From Lama glama (taxonomy: Eukaryota), in the NCBI GenBank assembly GCA_028534125.1, contig CM052817.1, forward strand, positions 44,270,001-44,334,000: a stretch of DNA of 64,000 nt. The letters are read 5' to 3'. Of the stretch, positions 37,251 to 49,640 are shown in pieces (position 1 is the first letter of the stretch; each line of letters begins with the position of its first letter). A model generated the notes under the pieces. That model was not told the origin of the DNA. It made no database searches and worked only from the letters and a program-made list of their open reading frames with translations. The position numbers and the translations under genes are program-made.

Positions 37251-39189
37251 CTCACTGAGACACCAACAAATTAACAAAGCCCAGAATAAACTGATCATGA
37301 CAAAACCAACAGTAATGTATAATTAATAGGCAGGATGAACTATAAACAGAACCTCAGCTCCCTCAATATAAAAGTGATGATGCACAGTAAGTAATCAGCC
37401 TTTTGGGGGAAATCCAGCTATTTGCATATGTGCCTTTGCCAAGCATTTTTGTGGCTGCCAGACTTTTGAGTAGGGTGCTAAATTAGTATCCTTAGTACTC
37501 TTTAGACATGTGCCGATTGTAGCTTATAAATATCAAATTTTAATAATTCATTTAGTAGACTACTAAGTGGCCCTTAGCTGCAAGACAAAAATGAAAATCT
37601 GTGAAATTACATATCCTTCATATGTAATGAATGAAGACTGTGCATTTGTTAAACTTACAATCTGTCAAGAGGACCTACATTCCATACCTTGAGAATCATT
37701 CTTATAAAATGCTGTGTGTGAAATTAAGGCTCTTGCTCGAAATTCGTAGCCCTCTGTTTCTTGTTTCTTTATATCTCATATTTTCTCACACATTTGTGTG
37801 TCTCTCAAATTGGTTTGAAATTTAGGACACTGAATGTTCTGAGATGATTAAATTCAATTAACACTTGCAATACCCACTACTTGCAAATGCAGGCACTGGG
37901 GACAAAATGATGACTAACAATGAGACTTACCCTCTGGAAACTCACAATCCACTAGGGAGACACTAACAAGACAAGTATAATGCAAGTGAGATGGATAAAA
38001 CAGAGGTGTTCTATAGGAAGAGGGAGGAAAGTGATCATTTGTGCCTCTGGATATTGAGGAAGGCTCGAACAACCCTTAGGATTCTGTCAAATGGAGAAGA
38101 GAGAAACCAGACTGAGAAAAAAAAGGCACAAAACTGTAGAAAAAATGAAACAGGATTAGGGAGTCACAAGAAGCCCAGGGCAATTTATTTATTTAAAGTT
38201 ATATTATGTACTACTACACTAATGTACATTGTAAAAACAAATATAAATAGAACTTATAAGGAAAAAACAAGCAATTATAAAAATACTGCTAATCATGAAC
38301 ATGGTAAAATTAAGCAGTTTTAAAGCAGAACTAAAAGCTCATTAATTCGTTTTCTAACTTTGTGATGTTTAATAGTATGAAACTGAGCACTTTATTTATA
38401 CTTGTCTGGGTGCTTTATTTTTTTTCCAGGAGAGAGATATTAGGGAAAGTTATGAGAACCAGTAAAAGCATGATACTCTACTGGGGAATTTTTATGAATC
38501 ATCCTTTCTATAAATACAAAAATTACAGTCACATCATACTCTACTTACACTTTGCACACTGACGCACAAAAAGATATTGCTAGTTGTGATAGCTTTTTAC
38601 ACTATTATTAGCTAATACTTCAAACCCCAATATACACCTAAGGAAGAGACCATCATTAAAGATGGAGAAGGTAAATCTCCATTTCAAATTTTCTTTACCA
38701 TAATTTTAAAATTGGGGGCCAATTCTTGTCACATGCGGTTAGATGGTTATTGTTTTAAGTCCAAGGTTGCTGAAGACACCTACTGGGTATAGCCCCATCC
38801 CTTGAGCTTACAGTTTTATTTCCTTGATTTAAAGTTTAGTATTACCTTTAATTCATAGTTTCTTTGATTTAAAATTATTTGCCTTCTTGGTGAAGATTAA
38901 TTTGAAACCAGATAAACATAATCTGTAAATCCACCCAATAGGCACACAAACAGCATTAAAGTTACAGTACATTCTGCATGCAAACAGTGAGGCTGCCACT
39001 GTCAGCCTCTTCCAGTTGTGGTTCCTTCCTTAGGGTACTTCCCTTCCTGCCTGTGACCTGAGGTAGCCCGAGTGGGAACAGCTGCATGCATCTGTGTGTG
39101 GGCATCTCCCCAACGAGAACATAAACACAATGAACGCAGTACTGGATACACAGCAGGCATTCAATACATGTGTTGCATAAATGAGAGAG

Positions 39190-39850
39190 GAAAGGTAGGT
39201 CTTTGTAGGTAATCTTGAAGATCTTGATTGTACATGCAATGAAAAACCATTACAAAGCTGTCTCGGAGTTTTGTCTGCATGTTGTTTTCACAAGAAAGGG
39301 AAAGATCAGATCTGGGTTTTTTGCATGTTGTTTTAACAAGAAAGGGAAAGATCAGATCTGGGTTTTAGGCTATAAAATGAGCAGCAGAGTGGAGGATGGA
39401 CTGGAGTCAGAGAGGGAAGGCTAGGAGACAGGAGATTGGTAAGGAGGCTAGTACCACAGTCCAGGTGAAAGATGCAAGAGCCTGAAATGGGACAGCGGCC
39501 AAGGGAATGGACATGAGATCAAGTTTAAGAGACACAGTTAATAGCACTTGGTGACTAACTGGCAATGGGAATGAGGAAAGTGTTTGGGGTTAATTCAAGT
39601 TGCCCAGTTTGGACGCCTGTGAACTCAATGACACAGGAAGAGTGACTTTGTGGGAAGGATGGTGAAGAACAGTCTGGACAAGCTGATTTTGAGCCTAGAG
39701 AGCCCTAGCCCCAGCAAGAAGCTGGCAGTGTGAGACTGGAGCTCAGGAGGAAGGCCCCAGGGTGCTGGGGGTGGGGGTGGGGGGGATACATATTTAGAGG
39801 TGATAATTAAAACAATATCTGGGGTGGATATATTTGAAAGAGGGATCCGT
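39190..39850 (-). mobile_element. L2 fragment
   Basis: gatcagatctgggtttt...aggaggctagtaccacagtccaggtgaaagatg...ggagctcaggaggaagg. Confidence 0.65.
39276..39366. repeat. Tandem duplication of 45 bp (one mismatch)
   Basis: tgcatgttgtttt[c/a]acaagaaagggaaagatcagatctgggtttt at 39276-39320 and 39322-39366. Confidence 0.95.
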
Positions 39851-40355
39851 CCTATCACTTCTCAGCTTTAAAACTGTTGGCCATCTGTGATCTAAAAAGA
39901 TAAAAATCCCAACGTCTTAATCTGATCCTCAAAACCCTGCCCAGTCTAGTACCAGCCTATCTCTTGTTCATTTATTCAACCCACCAGCCTTCATAGAGAG
40001 CCTGGATGTGCCATGGTGTGTGATGGGGACAGAGAGATGATAAGTCTTGGTTGTTGCCCTACAGGGAGGTCTAATGGGGAAGACAGACAACAAAACAGAC
40101 TATTAGCTTTCAGTCAGGAGAGTAACGGGACAATCTCATAGGGCTGTAGCAAGAATTGAGGGAGTTCATGTATACAAAGCCCTTAAAACAGTGCTGAATA
40201 TGTGATAGCTATCATTATTATAGGAGAGGCATGTACTGGGTGTGTTTCCCTTGAATGGAGGACCACTGAGCTGAATCTCGAAGGAAATTTAAGTTAGCCA
40301 GAATAAATGAAGGGGTGGGATTGGAAAGACCTTTCTAAACTTCTTCCTATTCCCT

Positions 40356-40815
40356 TGTGTAGTGGGTTGAATAGTGCCCCCGCCCCCCGCCAAATATATG
40401 TTCACATCCAAATCTCTCGAACGTTCATTTAGTTGTAAAAAGGTAAAGATCTGCAAATGTAATTCAATTAAGGTTCTTATGATCCGATCATCCTGGATTA
40501 TCTGAGTGGGCCCTAAATCCAATGACAAATGTCCTTATAAGAGACAGAAGAGGAGACGGAAGAAAAGATGGCCATGTGGAGATGAAGCCAGGAATGGGAG
40601 TGATGTGGCCACAAGCTAAGGAAGCCAAAGAATGCAGGGTTTCCAGGAGCTCCAAGAGGAAAAGGAGGATCCTCTCCTAGAGTCTCCGGAGGGAGTGTGG
40701 TCCCACCAACACCTGATTTCCAACGTTACCTACTGAAATGTGAGAGGACACATTTCAGTTATTTTAAGCCCCTCAGTTGGTGACAATGCATTACAGCAGT
40801 CCCAGGAAACGGACA
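40356..40815 (+). mobile_element. MLT1C-like MaLR LTR, near full length
   Basis: tgtagtgggttgaatagtg...gtgggccctaaatccaatgac...ttacagcagtcccaggaaac. Possible TSD tccct/gccct. Confidence 0.85.
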
Positions 40816-41364
40816 GCCCTTGTTCTACTGAGTTGTCTCCACAACTAACTCAGGACACAGTCCTGGCTCTTGTGGGGTCTGTGTTCTGGTTGAGGGGAAC
40901 TCAGACAAAAATGAACAAATACAGAAGTTATTTTTAACAGTGGAGGGTCAGGTGCTGTGAAAGCTAAGCTCCAGAATTGTATATCCAATTGCCCACTTGC
41001 CATCTCTACTTAAAGGACTAATGGGCATCTCAAAGTCAATTTTCCTCAAAAAGAAGTGCCTGGACGTCCCTAGAAGTGGAAGGTGATTTACCCAAATGGT
41101 CAGAAAAGGCCTCTGGGAGGAGGTGACACACGCAGGACTAACGAGAATGAACTAAGGCAGCGACTAAAGGAGGGCGGTTCAGAGCAAAGTGCTCTTTTTT
41201 GTTTTTGTTTTGTTTTGTTTTAGGAAGGAAAACAGCTCTTGGGGATGAAGACACAAGGGAGATGGGTAACAGAAGGAGAAAGCATCCGAGGAGGCAGAAG
41301 TGATGGGGGCTAAGGTGAGAAAGCAGAATGGGGATCGGGGCCTTTGAAGGGAAACAGTAAGAAC

Positions 41365-41600
41365 AGAGCAGGGCTAAATGATGCTGACTCCAGACTCAAA
41401 GTGTTGGGATTTGAATCCTGGCTCTGCTGCTTACTGGTTACAAAATAGGAAGAAATGACATTACTTGGATCTTGGTATCCTCCACTATAAAGTAAGGCTA
41501 CTAATAGCTCCTATCTCATAGGAATTTTCTAGGAGAATTAAATATATTAATATGTGTGAAGTACTTGGCTCCACATCCATATATGTAATCCACGTCATTG
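41365..41600 (+). mobile_element. MIR SINE
   Basis: tttgaatcctggctctgctgcttactg...tatctcatagg...attaaat. Confidence 0.7.
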
Positions 41601-41879
41601 TTATTATAGGGATCTGAGAAGGAGCATCAAGTTTAGAATCAGAATGTGATCACTGGAAGGAACTTCAGAATCATCTAGTCTAATTCCCTCATTGCACAAA
41701 TGAAGACACCGAGGCCCAGAGCGCTTGCAAATTGGCCGGATTTAAAGAGCTAGTTATGGGCAGAGTCAAGACTAGACTAACTGCTTGAAAGTCTGAGCTT
41801 TTTCTAGGTAAGCATCACATATAGACTTGGGAATCATAACGCAGGCGGTAATTCCATGTGGGGAAACAGCATCACGCAG

Positions 41880-42700
41880 GTGGGACCCACCATCTCTTAC
41901 TTGGCCCTCTGGTCTCCCAGCTGGATTTTCTGTTTCTACTTTGGCCTCCCCTATAATCTATCCTCCACATGCAGCCAGATGTTGTTATACATAAATCACA
42001 TGCTACTCTCTCGATTGTAGACCTCCAATAGCTTCCCATCACACTTAGACTAAGACCCAACCCCCATTAGGCTTTCCAGGATCCAGACCCTGCTCCCTGT
42101 TTTCACTTCTCATGCCACACTCCCTCTCTCACGGCGCTCCGGCTTAGTCCCTGGTCTGCTTTCTATTCCTCAAACATACCACACTCATTTCTGAGGTAAT
42201 GCTAGCTATTCCCTCTGTGTGGAAGGCTCTCCCCATCCCGCTCCTCTCTCCTCCATCTTCACGTGGCTGTCGCCTCCTTATCACTGAGGCTCTGTTTATT
42301 GATATTATTTATTTGTTGTTGTTGGAGGGGAGGTAATTAGGTGTATTTATTTATGTGATTTTTTTTAATGGAGGTACTGGGACTGAACCCAGCTAGGCAT
42401 GTGCTCTACCACTGAGCTATACCCTCCCCTGTTATTGATAGCTTCTAAGAGAGGCCTTCAGTGTGCATCCTTGCCAGAACAGCTCTTCAGTCAACCTCTA
42501 TCACATCAATCGGCTTTTGTATCTGATCACTTATCTAGTGATATTTTCTAATTTATTGTTATGTTTATTGTCTGTCTCTTCCCTATAGGAATGGAAGTTT
42601 CCTGAAAGAGATTTTGTCTGGTTTACCACTGTGTTCCCAGTGTTAGGGAAAAGCATATACACATGGTAGACCCTCAATAAATACTGACAAATAAATAAGT
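41880..42700 (+). mobile_element. L2 3' region interrupted by a SINE
   Basis: ctccacatgcagccaga...gcttcccatcacacttaga...accactgtgttcccagtg...ctcaataaata. Confidence 0.75.
42305..42430 (-). mobile_element. tRNA-Ala-derived SINE, long form with a small internal deletion
   Basis: ggggaggtaattagg...ggaggtactgggactgaacccag...gctctaccactgagctataccctcccc. TSD ttattgata at 42296-42304 and 42432-42440. Confidence 0.9.
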
Positions 42701-43643
42701 GATTAAAGGCTCAGGACACATGAAGGGAAATAAAGGCAGAGAGCCTCATATCATTAGATTATCTGGCTTGTAAGTTAGAGCCCTCAACCTCAGCTTGTTG
42801 TCCACATAAAAATGCTTTCTCCTTGGTGCTTCAGGGTCCCTGGGGAGTACCCAGACTTGTGGAAATCTAAACGTGAGAGAAAGAGAGGAGGAGGAGAAAG
42901 AGGAAGGGCAGGGGGAATAAGTGGGATAGAGAGAAAGAGGAGGGGGTGAGGGAAGGAGAAAGAGCGGCAAAGGGGTTGGGGGAGAAAGAGGGCAGGCGGG
43001 GCGAGCACCCAGGTTTCCTCTCCTTCCTTTCTACAGCGCACCTTAGCCCCGGCTTCACCTGGGAGCTGTCCGCCTACCTGGAGAGTTGTCACGGGCAGTT
43101 CCACCTTCCTGGGCGGAGATTCCACTCTACATCCACAACAGAGGTTTGAACTGAAGGGAAAGAACAAGCGCATTAGAATACACCCTACAAAACATACATA
43201 CATATTAATAGCAAGGAGCGCTACTTCCTGCAAGACAAAGACCTCTGTTCTACACACTTCCCATACTTGTTCTGAGGATCAGATAAAGGAGAGTAATCTG
43301 GAATGTGTCACGCACGCATAAGTCACTATATTACACTGTTTGCTGAGTGTATCAGTTGATGAGGAACAGAGCGATTGCTCCTGGCAAAATGCCATTTGTG
43401 TTACTCAGACTGCAAGACTAAAGTCTTCAGTGAATGATTCATGGTGTCCTCTCCATCCTCGATGACTTCAGTATCCTCACGGAAGACTCATTCAACACCC
43501 ACTCTCACAGTTCCGTGACGTTATCCCCTCCAATGCCTCTCACATCCTCTATGCTTCATTCATATGGTCACACTCTGAATCTACCACAAAGAATTCCACT
43601 TTGGAAACCTAAAACCCCCAAACTTAAGAATATTTGATGTTCT

Positions 43644-43677
43644 ACTATAACTCAATAAAAAAAAGTTAAAAAAAAAA
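43644..43677 (+). mobile_element. Ultra-short L1 3' tip insertion (34 bp)
   Basis: actataactcaataaaaaaaagttaaaaaaaaaa between a perfect 18-bp TSD aagaatatttgatgttct (43626-43643, 43678-43695) at a TT/AAGA site. Confidence 0.85.
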
Positions 43678-43859
43678 AAGAATATTTGATGTTCTGCTTA
43701 CAGTAACCTAGGCTTCTCACTCCTATATTCATTTATTGCCTTTGAGCCTGCTTTTTAACCTCACCAAGACTTCCTTGAAACTTTTTTCCCTGTGTCTTAG
43801 CCCCCTATTTAATGCTGTAGCCTTTTTTTTTTTTTTTTTCTGTTCTCAATGGGAAAAGT

Positions 43860-45860
43860 GACTTTCCCTGTCCTGTCCCGGGGAATCTCTTCACCTGAAC
43901 TCTGGACCCCAGCCCAACCCTCACACCCTGTTTCATCAATTATTTACACTCTCCTCTAGACCTTTCAACTTATCCTCTCCCAGCTTTTGTCCTCCAGCAC
44001 ATAGACATGATCATATCTCTCTCCTTGTTTTTTTTTTTTTCAGTTTAATCATTCAGCAAGAATTTATTGAGTGTTACTTAAGCACCATGTATCTCTTCTA
44101 ACAACTACCAAAACACAAACGAATAAAAAATTTAAGTTACACAATCCGATATTCTCCTTATCTAGAATTCTCTTTGTCCTTCCTCTCATGGTCAAGTCTT
44201 TCTCACCTGACTCGAAGCCTACTCTCTCCTCACCCCTCTGTAACCTGACTTCTGTCCCCATCACTCTTTTGAGACTGCTCCCAGGCCAGCCCCAGGGACC
44301 TACCAGGCAATGGTCACATTTCACTTCTTACCTAACTTGGCATCAACTCCAGAAAGCTGTTCCCCTTCTGCTCCTGGGCCTCTGCGACACCACACTCAGT
44401 CATGTTCTTCCTTCCCCTCCAGCCGCTTTTTCTAAGTCTCCTAACAGGTTTCTTTTCCTCTTTCTCTTTGGTAAATGTGGATTCACCCGCTCCCTCCTTC
44501 CCTTCCCTTGTCAGGCATACTCTTTGTAAGCAATTTTATCATCATCTGTGGTTTAAATGACCATTTATATACGCTAATGTCATACACTGTTACAGCCTCC
44601 AATCTATATGGCCAACTGCCTTCTAGACATTCCTGTTTTTAATGGCCCAAAGGCACCTCAAACTTAATATGTCTCAAACTGAATTTATCTTCTTTGTTTC
44701 TAGAACTGACTGTTCATTCTGCATTTCTATCTGTATATATGGTAACATCCATCCATCTAGGGACTCAGGCCAGATGCATGACAGAAGCCAGGTTGTTCCT
44801 CACGTCCAGACTCCTGTGGCTGCAAATCCTGTTGACTTGCCACCCCTCTCCCATCCATCTGCCTTTTTCTGACACTGCTGAACTTGGACATTTTGGCTCC
44901 CCTATCTGGATCATCTCAATAATTTCTGGACTGGTTTTCCTATTGGCCTTTATCTCCTTTCTCCCACCTAGAGATTTGATGTTGTTTTTTCTTCATCATT
45001 GTTGTTGATTTACATCTTTTTTTCTTTAGTGTCTTTTTCAGACTAAAAAGGAATATACTCTTATCATAAAATAGCCAATAGTTTATAAGGCTGTAAAGAA
45101 AAAGGTAAAGTTACCCCTGATCCAGTCCTCAAATCTTACTCCCAAATAGACTTTTTTTCTAAAAATAGGAATTTATTAATCATGCTTTACTTCTTCCACT
45201 TTAAGAGGCACCTCGCCCCCCCCCACATTTTAACATCTCTGAAATCAAATTATCATACAATCAATGGTGTCTTAGATTTGGTTAGATACATTATTGTTCT
45301 GCAATGTCCTATTTTTACTCGTTCATATGGGTCACAATTCCAAACTGGCACTTACCTCCAGGATCATGTTTCTAAAGTACAAATCTGGTCAGGTCACTAA
45401 CCCTCCTAAAAATTCTTCAAAGGCTCCCCTCCCTACCCCAACCCCTTCATCTTCTGACTCCCTCCTAATTTTGCGAGTCTTGTTTCTAGCACATCCACAC
45501 AGATCCTCTTCCTTAAAGCCAAGCAGACCTATTTGCAGTTAGTTCCCCAAATATGCTCTGCTGAGCCAGATCTTGGGCTTTTGCACCGACATTTCCTCTG
45601 CCTCTTCCTCACCAATTCTACTCCAAGTTGCCTCTTATTGGAAAATTGTCCTGATCCTCCAAGCTGAGCCTGGGTTCTTTCTTTATGTACTGCCTCTCAA
45701 TTTCTCCAGCATCTGACCTTTGTTAAATCACTTCACACACAGGTTTAAGCCATTTCTCTTGTTTGTTGCTCCCAATAAATAGTGAGTTCTTGAGCATGCG
45801 TTCTTTATACTTGTTTCCAGCAGTGCTGCAGCCACCTAGGTGTCACAATAATATTCCTGG
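43860..45860 (+). mobile_element. Fragmented L2
   Basis: Pyrimidine-rich L2 motifs, e.g. ggcacctcaaacttaatatgtctcaaactgaa. Confidence 0.6.
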
Positions 45861-46404
45861 AAATAAAGAACTCTCTCTGAGGGAAGTATAAAAATGTTTT
45901 CTGAGATAAGGTGAAGAACATTCTAATTAACCATCGCCTTAGCCTGGGACAAGACAGAGAAAAAGGAGGAAAGAAGGTCTTAATGTTAAGCCACCTGGGC
46001 TCACAGAAAGCTAAAGCAATGGGTTTTTTTTCCTTCCCCTCCCTGCTTTATACTCCTCTGGACTCTTTCCACTCTCAACTAAAGAGAATCTGATTGCAAC
46101 AACTATGACCTTGGTGACCCCTTCCTTTCTTTCTAGTCCTAAATGCTTCAAGTTCAAACCTCTATGTTGTCACCTCTTCTTGCCACAAGCTCCCTATTTG
46201 GTAACCAGTTCTGACAAGTACCAAAGGGGGATTCTTTCCACTTGCCGCTCTACAGCGCCCAGCTGCATTTTGTTTGGCCTCCCTCCCACCCCAGGTATAG
46301 ACACACCTCACAGTCCCACCAAGACTCCACCAGGAAATAAACACAGAAGGAAGCTAAAGTGTAATACAAAACTTGTATTCTAATAACTAGCCTAAAGGCT
46401 TGGT

Positions 46405-46547
46405 GGGGTAGGGTATAGCTCAAGTGATAGAGCACATACTCAGCATACATGAGCTCCCAGGGTTCAATTCCCAGCACCTCCATTAAATAAACAAACAAAC
46501 AAACCTAATTACCTCCCCCCCCCGACAAAAAACAAATACAAAAAAAA
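46405..46547 (+). mobile_element. tRNA-Ala-derived SINE, long form
   Basis: ggggtagggtatagctcaagtgatagagc...cctaattacctccccc. TSD ctaaaggct at 46392-46400 and 46548-46556. Confidence 0.9.
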
Positions 46548-48039
46548 CTAAAGGCTGGAAGTTGCTGTAAAGACCTCAGTGGAAAACATTTGCCCCCTCT
46601 TAACTCAGTATTGGGTTTAGACTCAAAAAAATGCCAAAAATAGACAAAAAGGTTTCCCAGTTTTTTCTTTCTGACCTAGATAATTTAAAGCCAAGGATTC
46701 CAATTCATTCATGGAAAAGTACCAGGGTATGCTGAGGACTTAGAACGAAGCTCACCTAATGTGGCCTGTGTGGCATTCAGTAAAACTGGCCCATGCTGAA
46801 ACACGCTGACAACTGTGGGACCAACATACTTTCAATGCCTTCCCTTGGCACAAAGGACAGGGACTCATGAAACAATCAGAAATAGTAGAGCCAAAGGAGA
46901 AAAAACGGAAAGATGAGGGTCATACAGGAAGGAAGACTGTCAAAAGACAGGGCAGGAGAAAATAGGCACTTTATAATGGGAAATATAGCCAACAGGGGAT
47001 TCCAAAAATAAGCAAATTTGCTGTCACAGTAGGGGCTGAGGGCAAACAACCAGTCACAACTGAAAGAACTGGGAAGACAGCTAAAGAAAGAATGGGAGAG
47101 GGTGCGGAGCCAGATAGGCAAATAGATAAAGCCAGGAAAGCATCTCTGGCATGTAAACAGGATTGATTTTTTTTTTTTAAGTCTCAACTCAGAGCCCAGA
47201 TGGATTATTACAGAAGGGACAAGGTCAACCTGTGGTTAAATAAAATGAAGGGGGAAAGCAGCTGTTAGGAGAAGGACTGTGAGTCTACTGTCTTCAAGAG
47301 ACCAGCGTTTTGAAACTAGAGTTTTGGAATTCGATATTTGGAATTAGAAAATTCACAGCCCCTCAGTGGAGAATTAGAGCCAAACAGACATTCTAATATT
47401 GGGAGCAGCCACGTCAAATCAAGCTAGACTGCAATGCTGAACATTCTGAACGTGTGAAGGAAATCTTACCTTTAGAGGGAAAAGACTTCATCACTTAAGC
47501 TAACACAAAAGAGACTGTACAAATTTGTTCACAAATTTTGGAGTAAATAAAAACAAAGTAACACTAGACATCAAATACCTTAACTGCTGAGAAGTAATTT
47601 CTGTTCATTTCCGCTACCAGGGAATCATTTCATAATTCCTGTTCAGTTCAACCACCAAATTTGATTTTCCTGGCATTTTAACGTTAGCCAATTAGGAAGG
47701 AAAAAGGCCGAAATCAACCTGTAACCTTCAGAGTGATTTCTCTTTTCAGTACAGACTTTGGTGTATTTGGACTCCTTGGAGCCAGCGTTTGGAGGGCAGG
47801 ATCACCAGATCAAGACAGGCTTGTTTTAGATGCAAAATGCCCCCCCCCCCCCGATCTGGACACTGCCTCAGGGAATCTGAAATTACTACCCTACAGCGTT
47901 AATAAAAGTATCTATCTGTTGCCGAGACCGCAGGGTGCTGGTTAATTTGCACCTTTTCCTCCAGCCATCAACTTCAGCCGTGACTTACGCAGAGAAAGGA
48001 GAGAGCGGGAACAGATCTTCTATTGTTTTCGTCTCCTAC

Positions 48040-49640
48040 GTGGCTGAGACCCAAAGGAGCGGCGGGTCGCCTACCTGCTTTCCATTCCCCGGGCTGGGAG
48101 CAGCTGCGCGTCCTGCAGAGAGGTTCGTTGCCGGCTCCGGCTCGCTGACGACCTCACCTACGGCATTCTCCCGGGTTCGGACCAGTCTGACTCATCTGAG
48201 ATGGGTGGCAGGGGTGGGGGAGACCTCGGAGGGCGGAGGGACAGGAGGAGGCGGGCCGGGCCCTTCCCCCAGAGTCGGGGAGGAGGCGTCGCCAGGGCGC
48301 AGGTGAAACCGACTCCGACCTATCCCGGGAACTTTCGCTGCGGGGACTGGCTGCGAGAGGCGAGCGTCGCGCAGGGGCGGCCCCGGAGCCGCCTTCTCCC
48401 ACCCGGGCCGCGCGCGGGGACTCAGCCCCGGGGCACCCGCGGCCCTCTTGGCATGTTCGGGGGCTGCGAGCAGGCCGCGGCTGATGGAGGCGGGTGGCGC
48501 CGCCCCGAGCGCAGGTGACACAAGCCAGGTCAGGGTTTCTGCTGGCGGGGGAGAGCATAGGGAGGGCGGCACGCAGACACCTCGGGGCCGGGGAACGACA
48601 GGGCAGCGATGGCCCGAGAGTTGAGCCAGGAGGCACTCCTGGACTTTCTGTGCCAGGCCGGAGGCCGAGTGACCAACGCCGCCTTGCTGAGCCACTTCAA
48701 GAGCTTCCTCCGAGACCCCGACGCGCCCCCCAGCCAGCACCAGCGCCGCCGCGAGCTTTTCAAGGGCTTCGTCAACTCGGTCGCCGCAGTGCGCCAGGAC
48801 CCCGACGGCACCAAGTACGTGGTGCTCAAGAGGAGGTACAGGGACCTTTTGGGGGAGGAGGGGCTGCAGCGACCCAGCGACCCGCCCGCGGCCGCCGCCC
48901 CTGCAGGGGGAGCTGCGTCCAGCGCCCCGCGAAGCGTGCGCGGGGGGGAACAGCGGCCGCCGCCGCAGCAGCAGCCTCGGCGGCGGCGGCGCGAGAAGGA
49001 GCCGGAGGAGGAGCCAGCAGGTGCCGCAGCGCCAGCCGCCGACGCAGGTTGCAATGGACTCCCGGCCAGCGGCGCCCGAGAGGCGGCCCGCGGAGGCGGC
49101 GGGCAGAGGGGCAGCTCCCGCCACCGGGCGCCGGTGCCCGCGGCTGCAGCGGCGGCTCCTCGGGAGGGAACGAGGTGCGCGGCGGCCGAGACGCAGGGCC
49201 ACTGCTGCTGGGAATGTCTCCAGAACGGCCAGGGGGGACTCCAGGGCGAGCCGTTGCTCGGCGGCCTCCCCGACCCCGCCATCACAGCCACCGCCACCGT
49301 CAGCGCCGAGGAGAAGCCGGCACCGGCTCCGCCTGCTCGGGAAGACCGTGGGGCTCCCAGGCCGCATCGAGAAAGTGTGCCCGAGGAGCCCCGGCCCGAG
49401 CCCGCCGCGCCCCTCTCGTCTCCTCCAACCGTCGAGGCTGCTGGGAGCCGGGCTTCCTCGGTTGCTCTGCAGTCTGGTCCCGCTTCCCCCAGAGACCCGC
49501 CGGAGCTGGTGACCCCGGGCTCTCTGCGTTATTCGACCCTGCAGCAGCAGCAGCAGCGCACTCGGGAGTGGGTGGCCAGACACCCCCAGACACCGGAGGC
49601 CCGGGACCAGGGCCCCATCCGAGCCTGGTCGGTGCTGCCA
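48040..49640. promoter_or_regulatory. CpG island / promoter of SOWAHB extending into the CDS
   Basis: Very high GC and CpG density. Contains GC boxes, AP-1 TGACTCA (48188-48194) and CAGGTG E-boxes (48300-48305, 48512-48517). Confidence 0.9.

Noticed and set aside
48192..49583. 463-aa and 255-aa antisense ORFs over SOWAHB
   Set aside because: Low-complexity Arg/Gly/Ala/Pro translations opposite a high-GC3 CDS, with no recognisable domain. Typical shadow ORFs.
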